A stretch of DNA of 61,449 nucleotides, filler included, from Diploschistes diacapsis (lineage: Eukaryota): assembly GCA_023645945.1 (NCBI GenBank). It is 7 parts of 7 records of this genome, joined end to end, with 100 filler letters (N's around TTAATTAATTAA, not from the genome) between each part and the next. Parts side by side here need not be neighbours in the genome. Positions count along the whole stretch, not along the records: positions 11,157 to 16,626 come from JALAIB010001546.1; positions 16,727 to 22,196 come from JALAIB010001547.1; positions 22,297 to 27,765 come from JALAIB010001548.1; 4 more parts are not named here. One strand, written 5' to 3'. The notes below the pieces were generated by a model. That model did no database searches and was not told where the DNA came from. It worked only from the letters and a program-made list of their open reading frames with translations. Positions 12,007 through 25,064 of the stretch are shown here, piece after piece (position 1 is the stretch's first letter; every line of letters starts with the position of its first letter). Made by a program: the position numbers and the translations under genes.

Positions 12007-13594
12007 TCAATATGCGTGGGGAAAGGCGTGACCTTCACCTTCGGCTCCTGCGTGTTTCCAGGCGCTATCCGGCTCCGCTGGGCCAACAGGATAGTTACTC
12101 TCAATATCGTCATCGGACCTGATATTGACGTGACGGGCAAACTTTTCACGGTCATCATTGTAAGTGGCAGAAGAAGAACCAGTACCGAGGTCGGTTCTTG
12201 AAAGAAATTCTCTGGATTTGTTCGTATTGCCATCATTGTCGCGACTGGCGGTAAAAGAATCGTTCATCTCATGGCTGTTGCTGCCCTCTGCTTCTTCGCG
12301 CCGAAACCGCCAGTCGCGGAAGTCGCGTGCAATGGTACTTAGGGTTGCCGTGGGCCTATTCCTCGGCGGACGCTCCGCAGTGCGATCGGCGATATCTCGA
12401 TCTCCGCGGCGAAGACGCAAGAAGACGGGTAAGACGGGCATGCAGGAGACGATGACGCCAACGGCTTGCTCCGAAAGCCTGGACAAGCTTCTTAGTATGG
12501 TGCTGGTGTCCAAGACCTTGTGGGAGCTTACGCAAGAAGTGCCACGGTTACAAGATATTGAGTCGTGTTCCCATTGGCCATGTTCGCGATCTGCCAGCCG
12601 AGTCGAGCTACACTGATGGCGATAGCCCTGCGATGACCGAAAGGTTAGTCTTTGCCAGCGATCGGTAGACGAGGGAATTGCTGAACACTCACAGAAACCC
12701 AGTTGCGAAGAGAGTAAAGATCTTTATTTTCTTCTCCTTTGCCATGTTCAAACCCCAGACAGCGTACAGTGGAAAGACGAACACGGCAATGTCCGAGACA
12801 CAATTGATGATCGATGCAATGATCTTTACCTAATCAGCGTCATGGCCGTTCCTGTGAACCAAGGATCATACGAGAACGTCATCCTGGTTGAGACATTGTG
12901 AGCCCTTCGGTACGTGCTTGCCGACACATTGCAAAGCCACAGAGAGCGATAACGCAATGCAGTAGAGGACGTTGAATGCGATGACACCCCAAATGGCCCA
13001 GAAGACCCATGTCTTGCGCACGTTGGCCGGAAAGAAACACCGACAAAACATTAACAGAATGGACACTTTAGTGACCAAGATGTCGACCCTGGCCACGATT
13101 TCGAGAACACTATAGTACTGCGGCTTAGATCAGCCGCGGTCTAATCGGTACCGGCCCCGAATGAGGAAGAGACGCACCCAGTTGAAGGCCATTGAGTTGG
13201 CCACGGAGACGTTCCATATGTCTCTACTACCTCCATGGGCATTCATCTCCGAAATGAGAGCCGTGTGACCAAAGATGCCAGCCTAAACCCCGTCAACGAT
13301 GTTTACGCGATCGAGATTGGCGAGGTTTGCACACCCATCCAATTACCGCAAAGCCTCAGGGTAAGTTAGCGGGGCTTGTGCCACTTGGAGCGATTTGACA
13401 AACTTACCGTCGTCCCACCAGACCTTGCGTTCCATGAAGGCGCGAGTGTATATACGCAGAAGAACTAGTGGCGTAGTGAGGGCGATACAGAGGACGAGAA
13501 CAACCAAAGAAATGTCGGTCGAAGAAGGGGGGTTGATCAGATTGGAATGAAGGCCTGGAGGCGGAGGCTCTGCAGGTGACGTGCCTGTTTCCAT
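12007..13594 (-). CDS. PTH11-like (fungal rhodopsin-domain) integral membrane protein, multi-exon
   Basis: PPPPGLHSNLINPPS, then a TM segment with LRIYTR..WWDD; TKVSILL; INCVSDIAVFVFPL; VGVIVSCMPVLP. Several short introns. Confidence 0.8.
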
Positions 13595-15311
13595 GGCTGA
13601 TTTCCCCTGGAAGACTCGTGTCGTAGATAGAATAAGACGACGGTAGGATGATGATTGGAAAGGTGGAAAAGGAAACGACAGCTTCAAAGCCTCGACTGGA
13701 GACGAATGAAATATTGGTGGAATTGCAAAGAGTGGAGGCTCTGGCCTGAGATAGATCGAAAATGCTCTCTTCTCAGACAAGGAGACGTTAAAGGAAATGG
13801 CAGAGCTAGCAAGCCGGCTCGCATGTTGAGAGATGGAAGATGGGTAAGAAGTGAACCAGGCTGGATGGAAGTGTAGACGAGGGGGGAACTTGAAGAAAAC
13901 GGGAGTATGAGATGGAAGAAGGAGCTCCGGGAGAAGCATCGGGCAGTGACGAGAGCTGAGGGCAGCAGGAAGGGCAAGTGAAAGAGACGGTGGTCACTCA
14001 AGACCTTGTCTGCACCTGTTAATGCCGGACTAATGCCGGGCGGGCTATATTGGAGCCCCAACCCAACAGGGGGGTGATGGAGTATGACCAGCCAATTCTT
14101 GCTCTTTTGATCATACCAAGTAAGCATTTGCCTGAGCTTTCCTTTGGGGTACTGCTTGTACTCTCTGGCAGAGAGATGAGATGGCATGACAGCATGACAG
14201 CGGCTTACTTTCCCTGTGGCTAGTGGCTAGCGGCTAGTGGCTAGGGCTGCAAACCTGCCTGCTCGCCAAACCCTTTTTGCTAAGCGAAGTCCCGGCACAA
14301 TGATTAAACTTAATTCGGGCCGACTCGGCATCTCGGGCTGGTTGAAGTGGGAACGGACGGCAGGGCTGAACAAAACCGAGAACCATCGCCTTCACTGGAT
14401 ACCAGTAACATTGTCTTCTCTTAGACCGAGTACTACAAGCGGGTCGTTGGACCTGGCAGGAGCGAGCATCTCCTCCCCGGGTTGCAGGCAGTTGTGTGCG
14501 TTGCGGAATCAAGGCAATAGTACGCAACACCTTTCTGTCCCAATCAGACCGAAAAGAGATTGCTCTTCGCGCTTGTCAGACGCTGCTCTTGCTTTTTGGA
14601 GTTCTGGGGAGAGACAAGCATCTGCCGGAGCAACTTCCGCACCGTACGGTACTAGCGATTCTCTTTCCTCTTCCTGTCATACCACCTTGCAGCAGTCACG
14701 TTGCACTGTTGATCCCCACAAGCCCGAGATGCAAAGGTACGCAGCGCCCATCCATGGTGGGTTGCAACTGGCTCTATAATTCCAGGTTCTAGCACCCCGA
14801 ACTTTTGCGGGTTAGTGTGCAAACATCCCATGATAGTACAAGATTGGATCCAACAAGCCTCGGCGCAAGGTCAAAGCCACATCCGACACGTGCGAGACAA
14901 CTCTGTTCCTGGAGAAGATTTGAAGAAGACTCGACAGGAAAGTATTGGCCGTGCATTCACTATCGCAGTGTTCAGCCCACAGCCCCGTGATTGCCTACAA
15001 TGTCAGTCTTTACGCCATTTTCTGAACACTGGACACTGTGCAGCTTGCAAACCAGGTAAACCTCGGGAGTAGCAAGAGGATGACAATTTCTTGACCAAAG
15101 TATGGCGTTTAAGCCGCTTTTGCGGCGTGCTACTAGAAAACATCGCCGACACTCGATGTGCAACTCTACCTGGGGAGACATGTTGTCTCAGCTTCCATAT
15201 TTCAAGTCCAGGGATGAGTCCTCCGTTCCAGATCAAAAGTTTCGCCTTTTAGAAGCATATCCACAGGAAGCGTCCTCGAGATCCGTCGAGAACAGGGTCC
15301 AGCCAACGACC

Positions 15312-15970
15312 ATGACTTCACTCATGATCCTGTCGCCTTTTATAACCTTCCTCCTCCTCGGAGCTTCGTTCATGTCCATAACTGTCCGTGGTGGTTCCTC
15401 TGGTCCTGGGGCACTGAACCTGACAGCAATCTCTGCGCAAAATGGCCAGTCCATATTCGAGTGTTGGCAGCTCGAAGCACCGTTCGTCGACTCGACCCAA
15501 GCGGGAACAGATGGTGCGGTGTTTGCTCAGCTCGGCAATGCCACAAACGCAAGCTTTGCCATACTTCCGCCAAAGTTCAACGGAGGTCTGCATAATGCTC
15601 CGTGTGTACAGTAGGTTTCCTTGATTCTTTCCCCATCTTCCTTCCGCCCCGTGCGATGCGAAGTACTCGGAAGAAATTCACAAGGACTGTTGCGATGTGC
15701 TAACAGGCCATGAGGTATGTGGCCTTCGTTTCTGGCCGCGCGCACATCACGCTGCCCAATACCACGGACAAGGCGACCGTGTACGGCGGCAAGCGAGGCC
15801 TTCTCCTGGCGGCCGATACTGCAGACGTGAGCGAGTACGGCCACGTCACCACCTATCCGGGCGACGAGTCGACCATCAGCATCAACATTCCAACGGGCGA
15901 CGGAAAGATACCAGAGCACAGGTGTCTGTACAGAGGCCCATGCAAAGATGAGGAGCTGGGAAGTTTATAG
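15312..15970 (+). CDS. Conserved fungal small secreted protein, cupin-like
   Basis: Signal peptide; LNLTAISAQNGQSIFECWQL, GLHNAPCVQ|YVAFVSGRAHITLP and LLLAADT..GH motifs. One intron at about 15612-15715. Confidence 0.8.
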
Positions 15971-16626
15971 ATGGTTGTTCGAGCCGAGACGGGCACTGCC
16001 GTATTGGGATGCAGGGTGCTGGCTCCGTGACGCAAGAAGAATACGATTTGTGTAATTCTTGCCGGTTGTACAAATTTCTTCTGGGCGGCTATGGCTGGCG
16101 GGTTTTATTGGCATGCGCTGTGTTCCTTTACGTCCGGCGTCGGGAGAGGTGGGGGAAAGCGTTTGGCGAGCACTCGACATTGATACAATCACTTTCACAA
16201 AGTGCTATGACGGAAGACTCTTGGAAGTGAAGCACATCTAGGATATAGAGTTTGCAATATGTGTCAAACTATAATTTCGAAGCGAACCCACGCTTTCATG
16301 CCCCTTGCAGTGAGCCCACCTTTAGACGTTACATATACACCAAGTCCAAGACCCCATCTTGCGAGAGCCCACCAAAGACACCAAGAGCCTACTAGTACTT
16401 CTTTCAAACTTCGTGGTTTGAGCAATTATCATGCACTTATTATAAGAAAGTGGGAGGTCCCTCCAACTGCACTCCCGCCACACTAGTAACCGTCAGGGAC
16501 AAAATTATAAAAAAAAAGCCTTTTCCACCTCAACCTCCAAACCTGCACCCGAATACCTTTGCAGTCACCATTATTAACAAGGCCATCGCCCGTCGCCATC
16601 ATCAACAATTCCCCCCTTTCCTTCCC

Positions 16627-16726
16627 NNNNNNNNNNNNNNNNNNNNNNNNNNNNNNNNNNNNNNNNNNNNTTAATTAATTAANNNNNNNNNNNNNNNNNN
16701 NNNNNNNNNNNNNNNNNNNNNNNNNN
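16627..16726. other. Artificial contig spacer
   Basis: N-TTAATTAATTAA-N. Confidence 0.98.
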
Positions 16727-17381
16727 GGATGAATGAGGCAGATGGATGCTAGATAGGGTGGAGAGAGGCAGGGGGATGTGGAAGGATGGTGACGGCGGAG
16801 GGGGAGAAGGAGAAGGAGCAGGAGGAAAGAAGGATCGAGAGAGTTTGGGCTTGGACTACTGACTGGACTTTCGCAGCCGTTGGTGCGGAGCCTTTGTGGA
16901 AGTCGATGACGCACGCCACGCCGACGTCGGAGCCGCGGAGGTTTGCGACGCAGCGCGAGACCCAGTCGAGGCGGACGCAGACGGTCTAGTGGGGTGTCAG
17001 ATCTTGTTTGATAAAGAAAAAGCAGCAGCCACGTAGGTCACTTCAAGTAATTATATTTCCTTGAAACATGGTCCTCGCAGCCCGTCTCAGTCACTGGAAG
17101 CTTCGCAACACCTGCTTCTGGCTGCAACTTGTTTGCGGGGACAGACAGAAAAGTGCACCTACCTTGAATCTGTATTCCCTCGCCTCCTCGCAGAGCTTGT
17201 CGATTTGCTCCGCTGTCGCATCGAGTTTGAGAAGGGTGTGGTCGATTAGCTGCGCGAAGTCCGTCGACCCGGGGTCCGGACAGGGATAGGTAGGGTATTC
17301 CGCAGGAAGGTTGTTATATGCATCGTTGACGGTGGCTTCCCACTTCTCTTCGGAGTAGTGGAGAGGCTCTTGGGATGTCAT
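16727..17381 (-). CDS. Deoxyribose-phosphate aldolase (DERA/DeoC family), 5' part only
   Basis: IDHTLLKLDAT..IDKLCEEA..FK|TVCVR..VGVACVI. Intron 16986-17162. Truncated by the gap. Confidence 0.88.
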
Positions 17382-17858
17382 TGTAAAGGAACTGACTCGA
17401 TGTTCAAGTAAAAGCTAGTCGTCCGGATGGTGGTTGAGGTGGGGGGGCGGCAGTGGCTACGGATAGCATTTGTAGCGCGGATGTCACTTTGCATGAGGCT
17501 ACAGTATTGGGTAATTTGGGAGTTGTCAACTTTGAAAGGCTTCCTGAGACACGTGAATGGGCTGCTAGATAGCGGCCATATCTTTCAAAGATCGTGTAAG
17601 TTGGAATTCGTTCAGTGTAGATCCATCAATTTCAGTCTCCTCCCAGTAACAATGAATGAGAACTTGAGAGCTATCGAACGAATTAACATTGGACAGGTAG
17701 AAGAGCGCGTACTGCTATCCTAGACGTACATCCCTTGTCCTTGGCTGGTCGTCGATCGCAGCAAGATGCACCACTTAAATTCATGGTATGGAAAAAGAGC
17801 CGCCTTTCACAGCCAGCCCAATAACAGTGTAAAACATGTGCAACAATCCCAGGTTATT

Positions 17859-18533
17859 TCACCAGATGGTCTTGGTAGATCCGCTTTCAACACCTTCTGC
17901 AAGCCGTTGCTCACGCCGTCGCTGTGCGAGTTCTCCTCTCATAATTTTAAACGCAAGGGTATCCCTCTTTAAGACACTGCTTTCAACAACCTCTTCAAGC
18001 CGTCGCTGTGCCAGTTCTCCCCTCATAATCCTAGCCGCACGGGTATCCCCATTTAATGTCTTGTTAATTCTGTTAGAAACAAAGTGAACGACCCGCTTTA
18101 TCGTTCTCAACAGCGTCATCCACCATTTGGTCTGCGCTGTTTCGAGCTTCTCTGCAACGGATTGACCACGCGTAGCAGACTCCACATCGGTAGGATCGCA
18201 GACCTCGCGTTCCGGCGCGACAGTCTCATCCAAGTGTACCTCGGGAGAGGGACGATAAGGACATGTGGGCGCAGGGTTATAGTAGGAGAGGGTGTGTAGC
18301 TCTGGGAAGAAAGGATAGGAAGATGCGGGTGTAGGGTTGGAGTAAGAGACAATATCGGGTCCTGATGCCAAGAACGTACAGCCGCAATCAATGTGCCCAG
18401 CAGAACCGAACAATTGATCAGGAGCAGGCCCTTGAGGGTACTGCAATAGGATGTTGTGGACTATGGTTGGAAGGACGACAAGGCTGAATAGACCAAACCA
18501 GGCGGATCGAATTAAAAAGGCGAAGATGCACAT
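17859..18533 (-). CDS. Hypothetical protein with N-terminal hydrophobic segment and internal duplications
   Basis: 224-aa ORF with an ATG start; IMRGELAQRR repeated; no recognisable family. Confidence 0.35.
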   Translation of the reverse strand: MCIFAFLIRSAWFGLFSLVVLPTIVHNILLQYPQGPAPDQLFGSAGHIDCGCTFLASGPDIVSYSNPTPASSYPFFPELHTLSYYNPAPTCPYRPSPEVHLDETVAPEREVCDPTDVESATRGQSVAEKLETAQTKWWMTLLRTIKRVVHFVSNRINKTLNGDTRAARIMRGELAQRRLEEVVESSVLKRDTLAFKIMRGELAQRRREQRLAEGVESGSTKTIW

Positions 18534-21500
18534 GATTGCTGAAGTTGTTTTCGCAAATCAGAAAAGACTGCTAATTGGTAATAAGGGGGTAAGTAGCGGC
18601 ATTTTAACGAGCTGATACGAAGTCCACAATTAAACGACTAATTGATGGCCTTTGGCCATGTCATTCATGTCTGCATTAGAAAGGATCATGTAATAACAAC
18701 TCTTTCTATCAAAGAAATTCTTTGTCCTTTCTCCTCGGCTCTGCTCATTTATAGGACAGCTGACATTGTAGGCACAGTAGCTCCTAAGTCGCTGTCCAGA
18801 CATGCATACATTCTGCGTCGGTCGGACCAGCAATCTACTTCGCCATGGCATGGCAAGACCTGTTCGCTCAGAAGTATAGGAGCGGTCATTGAACGACGGC
18901 TAGATATAGGTGGAAGCGGCGATTGGCATAGCAGCGCTTTCGGAGGCCCGTCAACAAAAACTCACGCAGAGAGGCGACCAAGACTGGCAACAGAAGGTAT
19001 TAAGGAAAGGCACGAAGCGCCATGGTAGAAGCTGCTCCGGGCTTCATTCGGTGTACTATGAAAGCATCGCGGCAGGTGACTGAAGCTGGGTAATCTTAAC
19101 ACATCCACCCAAATGGAGAAAGTGGAAGAAAGCAAACCTCATGTAAACTTGAACGCGCAGGTCCAAACATTGTTAAGGGTTAAATCATAAGAGCATCCAA
19201 AAGAATGAGGTGGGAAGCCTTGAGCTTCTGCCCCCTGAGACATTTCAAAAATACGGCAATAAAGGAAATAAAAGAACCCAGACTTTGTTTTGCCTGCACG
19301 AATTAGATGCTTGAGACAAGCTCTTTCATTATTTTGGAACAAAGCGGTGAGTTTCTAGGATTTCGCAGGCAAACATTCGCGGTGTTATGAAACCAACTGG
19401 TGAGCTCGAGAAGTGCAAACAGCGTATCAGCCGTGGGCTTGGGTATTGTCGATAGAGACTTACAATGCATCCCGAATGGCTTAAGAACGACCTTTTCCTC
19501 CTAGAGCCATATGAACGGCCGATGTAACAGTGTCCCTACAAGACCAACCCCTTGAAGACCCGGCGTTACGAGGAGCGCGGAAACTGGACCAGACATCTGA
19601 TGGGTAAGATCCCGGTTAACAAATTGCCTGCTGCATCATTGCATGCGCGTATCTGGCTAAACTTCCGAGCTTTAGGCCAGTCATCGTAGTAGAGCTGCAA
19701 TGGGCGAAAGCCTGTCCGTTATTCTTTATATCAGCGAGCTAGATCACCTGTGTAGCTACACAACTGTGTAAGGTCGATAGTCCAGATTTTTCCTAGAGAT
19801 TGTTGAGGAACAGTGGCTGCTGCAACATGGAATTTCAAAGGAAGAAAGAACTTGAAGTAGAGAAAGGGAGAGAGAGATGGTTTCCATCGACCTTTCAAAA
19901 CAAAAGCTTAGTAAGCATTATCTGCTTCCCAGAAGGGTTTAGTGTCTTCACTAAGATAGATAATCTTGACATCCTCGAGCATGGCTTCTTGTTGCTTGCT
20001 GCCGACATATTGCCGTAAAGAAGCAAAACGCTTTCCTACTACCCTAAGGCACACGTTTTCAAGGACACTTCGAAATCGATGTGCAGACGGTGCCCCAAAA
20101 ACATGCCCAGATACAGTCGACGAATATAAGACACGAAATGTAACAATCCCTCGCGGCAACGACATTCACAGGCAATACTTACCTTCTCTTATCTTCCGCT
20201 GACCTTTCTTCAAATGGCGGACTTTATGCTGCATCTGGTAGGGGAGGACAACCTTTGCCGTCTAGGTATTCGGCGCCGCTATCTTTATGCTTTTGGTGGC
20301 TCCTTATCCTAATGTTCTCGCGAGATTATCCCCTATTGGACGTCCTCTCGCCCAAACAGGCAGTACCTTAAAGACATTATGACTGAACGCTTTTCTGCAC
20401 CCGTACTGGCTTGAGTCTATGCTCTCGCGAGAGCCTCTGGCCGCACTTTATACAGTCACCCCTTCTTTCTCTGGCAACTCCGTTTGTGTTTTCGCGACCT
20501 CTTCAAGCGCAGCATTCGTTGCCTTATGGCGTTCTCCTGCAGGTTCCTTGTGAAGAGATCTTGCATAACATGTCCTGAACAATGTGGCTTGCCTTTTCTC
20601 CCGATCCTCTGCGTTAGTGTCAAGATTGCAGCGTTGATAGTCGTTTTGATACAAAGCTAATACAACAGACTCATACAACCTACGCAGGGGAAGTCTACGT
20701 GACAGCTCCTCCCTCATAAGGTTTGGAACTTAAAACATTTTCCAGGACCGCCCAGTTCAGCGGATCTGTTGATAGGGACTTGATAATGAAGGACTGTGAG
20801 TCTCTCATGGTAATCGCAAAGCATTGGTACTCGGCCGGGAACCAAGCATTGCCATCGGGAGCTATTTGCAGAATCGGCAACATGCTGCCGCCACAGTGAC
20901 GCCCTGTTGACATTCATGTAATGAACCTTCCATACCTAGAATCTAATTGCGGCTGGCAATACTGTTGGGGAAAGAAACTTGAGCTCCCGTCCTTTACGGA
21001 TGTTCCCTGACAGCTTTCCGTATGCCATGCATATTCTACATTACTATTGGAAGCCTCTACCTAGCGATAATTGCACTTCCTTTTCGGCAAGATGAAGAGT
21101 CAACGTTAGACCCGCGCAAGCAGTGATATTTAGAGCCTCGGGAATTCCTGACTTTCTCATCCTTTTGAAAGTATAACATTCGCTAGGAATGAAACGCTCG
21201 ACCTCCGCTGTGTATTTGGTAAAGTTAAGTTTCCTCAGCAGCATCTGGACATGCCGTCTGCTTGTGCTTGTGCTTGTAACAGATTAGGCACGGAGGCTCC
21301 TCAACCTTGCTGCTTGTACCCGCAGGAACGAAACCGATCGCCGTTTGAGTCCTCCATCTAAACAACGGAATTGTTCTCTATTCCACTTACTGGAAACTTT
21401 ATTGCTCGTTCAGAACAATTCTTTGATCATTGAAAACAAGGCTTAGATCCATTTCCGGCGTTTCTAACCTACAGCACGAGTCATGAAACATGAAACCAGA

Positions 21501-22196
21501 AACCTGCCACGCATGCGCGAACAAGCACGCACAATGGCCCTGGCGCATAGAGAGATGTTCCGCATCGCAAAAGGAGTACCGTACCAGCGGTAGCATTGGC
21601 GTCCTTGTTTTTAACTCTAAATGTAGGTCCCTCTATCTTGATGCTTTGGGATCCATGCGACAACACGTGCGGTAACATAGGTGCCTTGCATTTTCGTTAT
21701 CCGCCAGCTTAAGCTTGCCGTGCTTCAAAGGGTGATGCGGCATGGCGTCTCACATTTCTTCAACACCTCTCCAAGACCTACAAGCTGTCGCCCGACACTG
21801 GCAATGATCGGCATACCAATGGATCGGCAGAATCTTTCGGGGCATCGACAGTTCAATGCTTCATGGTTCCTAGTGCTTCGAGGTAGATCTAGCATGCACA
21901 AACTCCCTCGAACTGCAGATGTACGGGGCTAAGCTTCATAAGCATTCGGTTGCACTACCGGCTCTCCAGATACAAAGTTCTGATGAGTTCCCATCCAACG
22001 TCATCCCCCTTATTTCAGTCCTTACCATTTGCACCATGATATAAGAGGCATGACTCGGACCCACTGCTTCTCTCAATGCGTCACCCCTTCTACAGCTCCC
22101 ATAACTAATCCACCTCTACTAACCTCCATACTTTCCATTCCCTGCTCTAGCAACTCCCCCGAAACCACCCCCAGCCCCACCACAATGCTGCTCCTC

Positions 22197-22296
22197 NNNN
22201 NNNNNNNNNNNNNNNNNNNNNNNNNNNNNNNNNNNNNNNNTTAATTAATTAANNNNNNNNNNNNNNNNNNNNNNNNNNNNNNNNNNNNNNNNNNNN
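22197..22296. other. Artificial contig spacer
   Basis: N-TTAATTAATTAA-N. Confidence 0.98.
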
Positions 22297-22514
22297 CGGC
22301 GGCGATAACTCTATTATATATCTATATATATATATATAAGTTATATACCCGAAATCTTTTATATTATCTGGATATGAGGATCGACATGTCAGGCTTGGGA
22401 AAAGGCCGATGATCAACTAGCGCTTGTGCGCTGATATCGCATGTAGATTTTATATGCTACGTGCTGCTCGCCCTTTTGACCCATGTACCTGGAAGTGCGA
22501 CGCCTGCTGTGACG

Positions 22515-25033
22515 ATGCAGGCAGCCGACTCCCACGCATCTGCCCATATCAATCCGCGTCCGAAAATGGGCAGCGGCCTATCTCCAGGCATGGTGACGCC
22601 GAAAGCGTCTACGCAGCGCTCACGCGAGCCATCCAGGCGCCGGAGGGAAAGTGCAAGGCCGAACGGGGACACAAAGGAGGTCGAGGATGAGGCCGTCAAA
22701 TGCACGGATGCTCTCGTTCGTCGAGTCTTGTGTCCTCTGGCGCAGGCTGGCCTTTCGGAGGCGCGACCACTCGATGAGCTTCTGCCACCGTTGACTAGCA
22801 GCAATGAGGTCGATCTGCAGCTGTATGCAATCATCGCCATCGTAATGAGAGACTTCGTCTACAGCTGGTATGCCAGAATCACGCCCGACCAAAGCTTTGG
22901 GGAGGAGGTGATTCGCATCATTGCGCACTGCACAAGGGAGCTGGAACAGCGGTTCAGGCGCGTCGATGTGGAAAGCCTGGTCCTCGATGAGATCCCTGCC
23001 TTGATCGAAGAACACATCTCGGGTACGTGGAAGGTGGTTTTTGCCTCGCACCAGCTGATCTCTTGTCCAGCATATCGAACGGCGCACCCCGCGCGCGAAA
23101 GCGCCATGGCTTCGAGTCCCAAGGCGATCTATCATACTATCGTGCCGCATCCGGCACTGTCACCCGCCCCGGTCAACGATGTGCCGACAGTGGAGCAGCT
23201 GCGGAATGAAGCGGCTTATCGCCAGTTGCTGGTGCAGGGGGTGCTCGCAGTGCTTCTACCCACGGAAGATCTGAGGAATCCGTGCCTGCGGACACTAGTG
23301 GCCGACGTGATGGCGGATACGATACTCGGGAATGGAATTGGGGGCAAGGCCAGCGAAGGGTGGCTGCTCTACGACGGCATCATCAAGCTGGTCGAAAACG
23401 GCAAATCCAAGGCCGAGACCACAGCCAGAGGAGCCGGACCCGGAACGGACACGCGGAGCCGATTGGAGGGGTTCGGGCTCGTGCCACCGAAGGAGGGGGA
23501 TCGCGACGGAAGCAATAATGTTATCAGGGTCGGGATATGGTCTACTCTATCGGATGCGTTCTGGCGGATCGCGCAATATTGCTACATTACGCTCGTGGCC
23601 ATTCGCTTCTTTCTGTTGGGCTTATTCGCAGCAGCCTCTGCGCCGCCGCGGGACCGGTCTGCGACGGACAACAGGATGATGAATAAAAGCCATTACGTCG
23701 CGCTTCCAATAGCAGCGAGCGTGGAAGCGCCGTCATCAGCGGCAGGCCAGCGGCCCGTCCTCACGTTCTCGATCCTTGGACTCGTGTCGCAACTTCTGGA
23801 GCTTCCCTGCCGCATGCCTTGGACGTATGGACTGTTCAGCCTGGTACAGTGGCACCTGGTCAGCGGGGTGCTGCTGCAAGTTGGTGCGACCAACGGCATC
23901 CTGGATAAGTGAGTAGATGCACACTTGAATTTTTTTTTATTTTTTTTTACTTTATTTTTTTTTCTCCTTTCCCCCTTCGACAGTATTAAATGCGCTCCCT
24001 TATCATGCATGGGCTTGGCTTGGCTACTAGGTTCAGGCAAGAGGTAAGTTTGCTGGTCAAGGAATCAAAGGGCGAGTATGTGGACTTCTGGCCGATCTTC
24101 GTTGGCTGCATGGAGGCGCAGGGGGACCGTGTGCTAGGCCCGCATGAAGTTTTGCTCAGGTGACCTGGCCAGAACTGGGATGGGGGATTTGGGGGGGACA
24201 CAGGCCGACGACGGCAGCCTATCGCACCCACAACTGTCTTTCTTCTACTTACCACTACTACGCGAAAAAAGTTCAACCAAAACACAGTTTGAGTTCGTGC
24301 AAATGACAACCCTCAGCATTTTGATTCATGCAGTCCCACGCTCATTACGCTGCGTGGCCGCAGCAGCATTGGTTTTGCTACCCCAACCGAACCGCATCGC
24401 CGACCCTTGAGGCCGCATGATTGCCCTTCAACTTACTTACAGTGGAACCGGGCCTGGTTTACTCGGTTTTTGAAGACGCGGCATGGTAGGCTCTCACTGC
24501 TGCTCTCTCACCGCTTTTGGGGAATGGCTATATCCCGGTTCGAATGGGTTGAAGACTAGCGTCCGGTGATCTCTCTACTCTTCAGCAACGGACAACTCTG
24601 TTTTGGATCGCTACTCGCTTCGATGGGCCCGTTCGCCCGCTCTCAAGCTTGTTGGCAACTTGGCAGACAACAGATCATACGCGCAATCGGACATGGCTCT
24701 AACTAGCAGGCAGCGCCTTGCCAATCACAGCCTCCCCCACCACATCCATCCACAGACCAGTGACCACCACCGCAACGGACTGCGCCCTGTCCACCATTTT
24801 GCTCCATTAAAAAGTTTTCTTGCTTAAGCGCAGTTGCCTGGCAGCCGTTGCCACCGATTATCTATCCGGAGTTCCCAATGAGGAATTAGGGTTGGCTCAT
24901 TGACAGAATATTCTTCGCCGACGTTGTTTCTCTCTCTCTCTCTCTCTCTCACCACGTGGGGGGCCCGCGGGGGGGTAGGGGGATGATTAGCGTACCAAAA
25001 TGGCGGTAACGTTACCGCTTGTGTTATATTTCA

Positions 25034-25064
<31 letters not shown>

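Noticed and set aside
18600..22196. Short ORF fragments, possibly a decayed gene or transposon
   Set aside because: No recognisable domain, terminal repeats or consistent frame.
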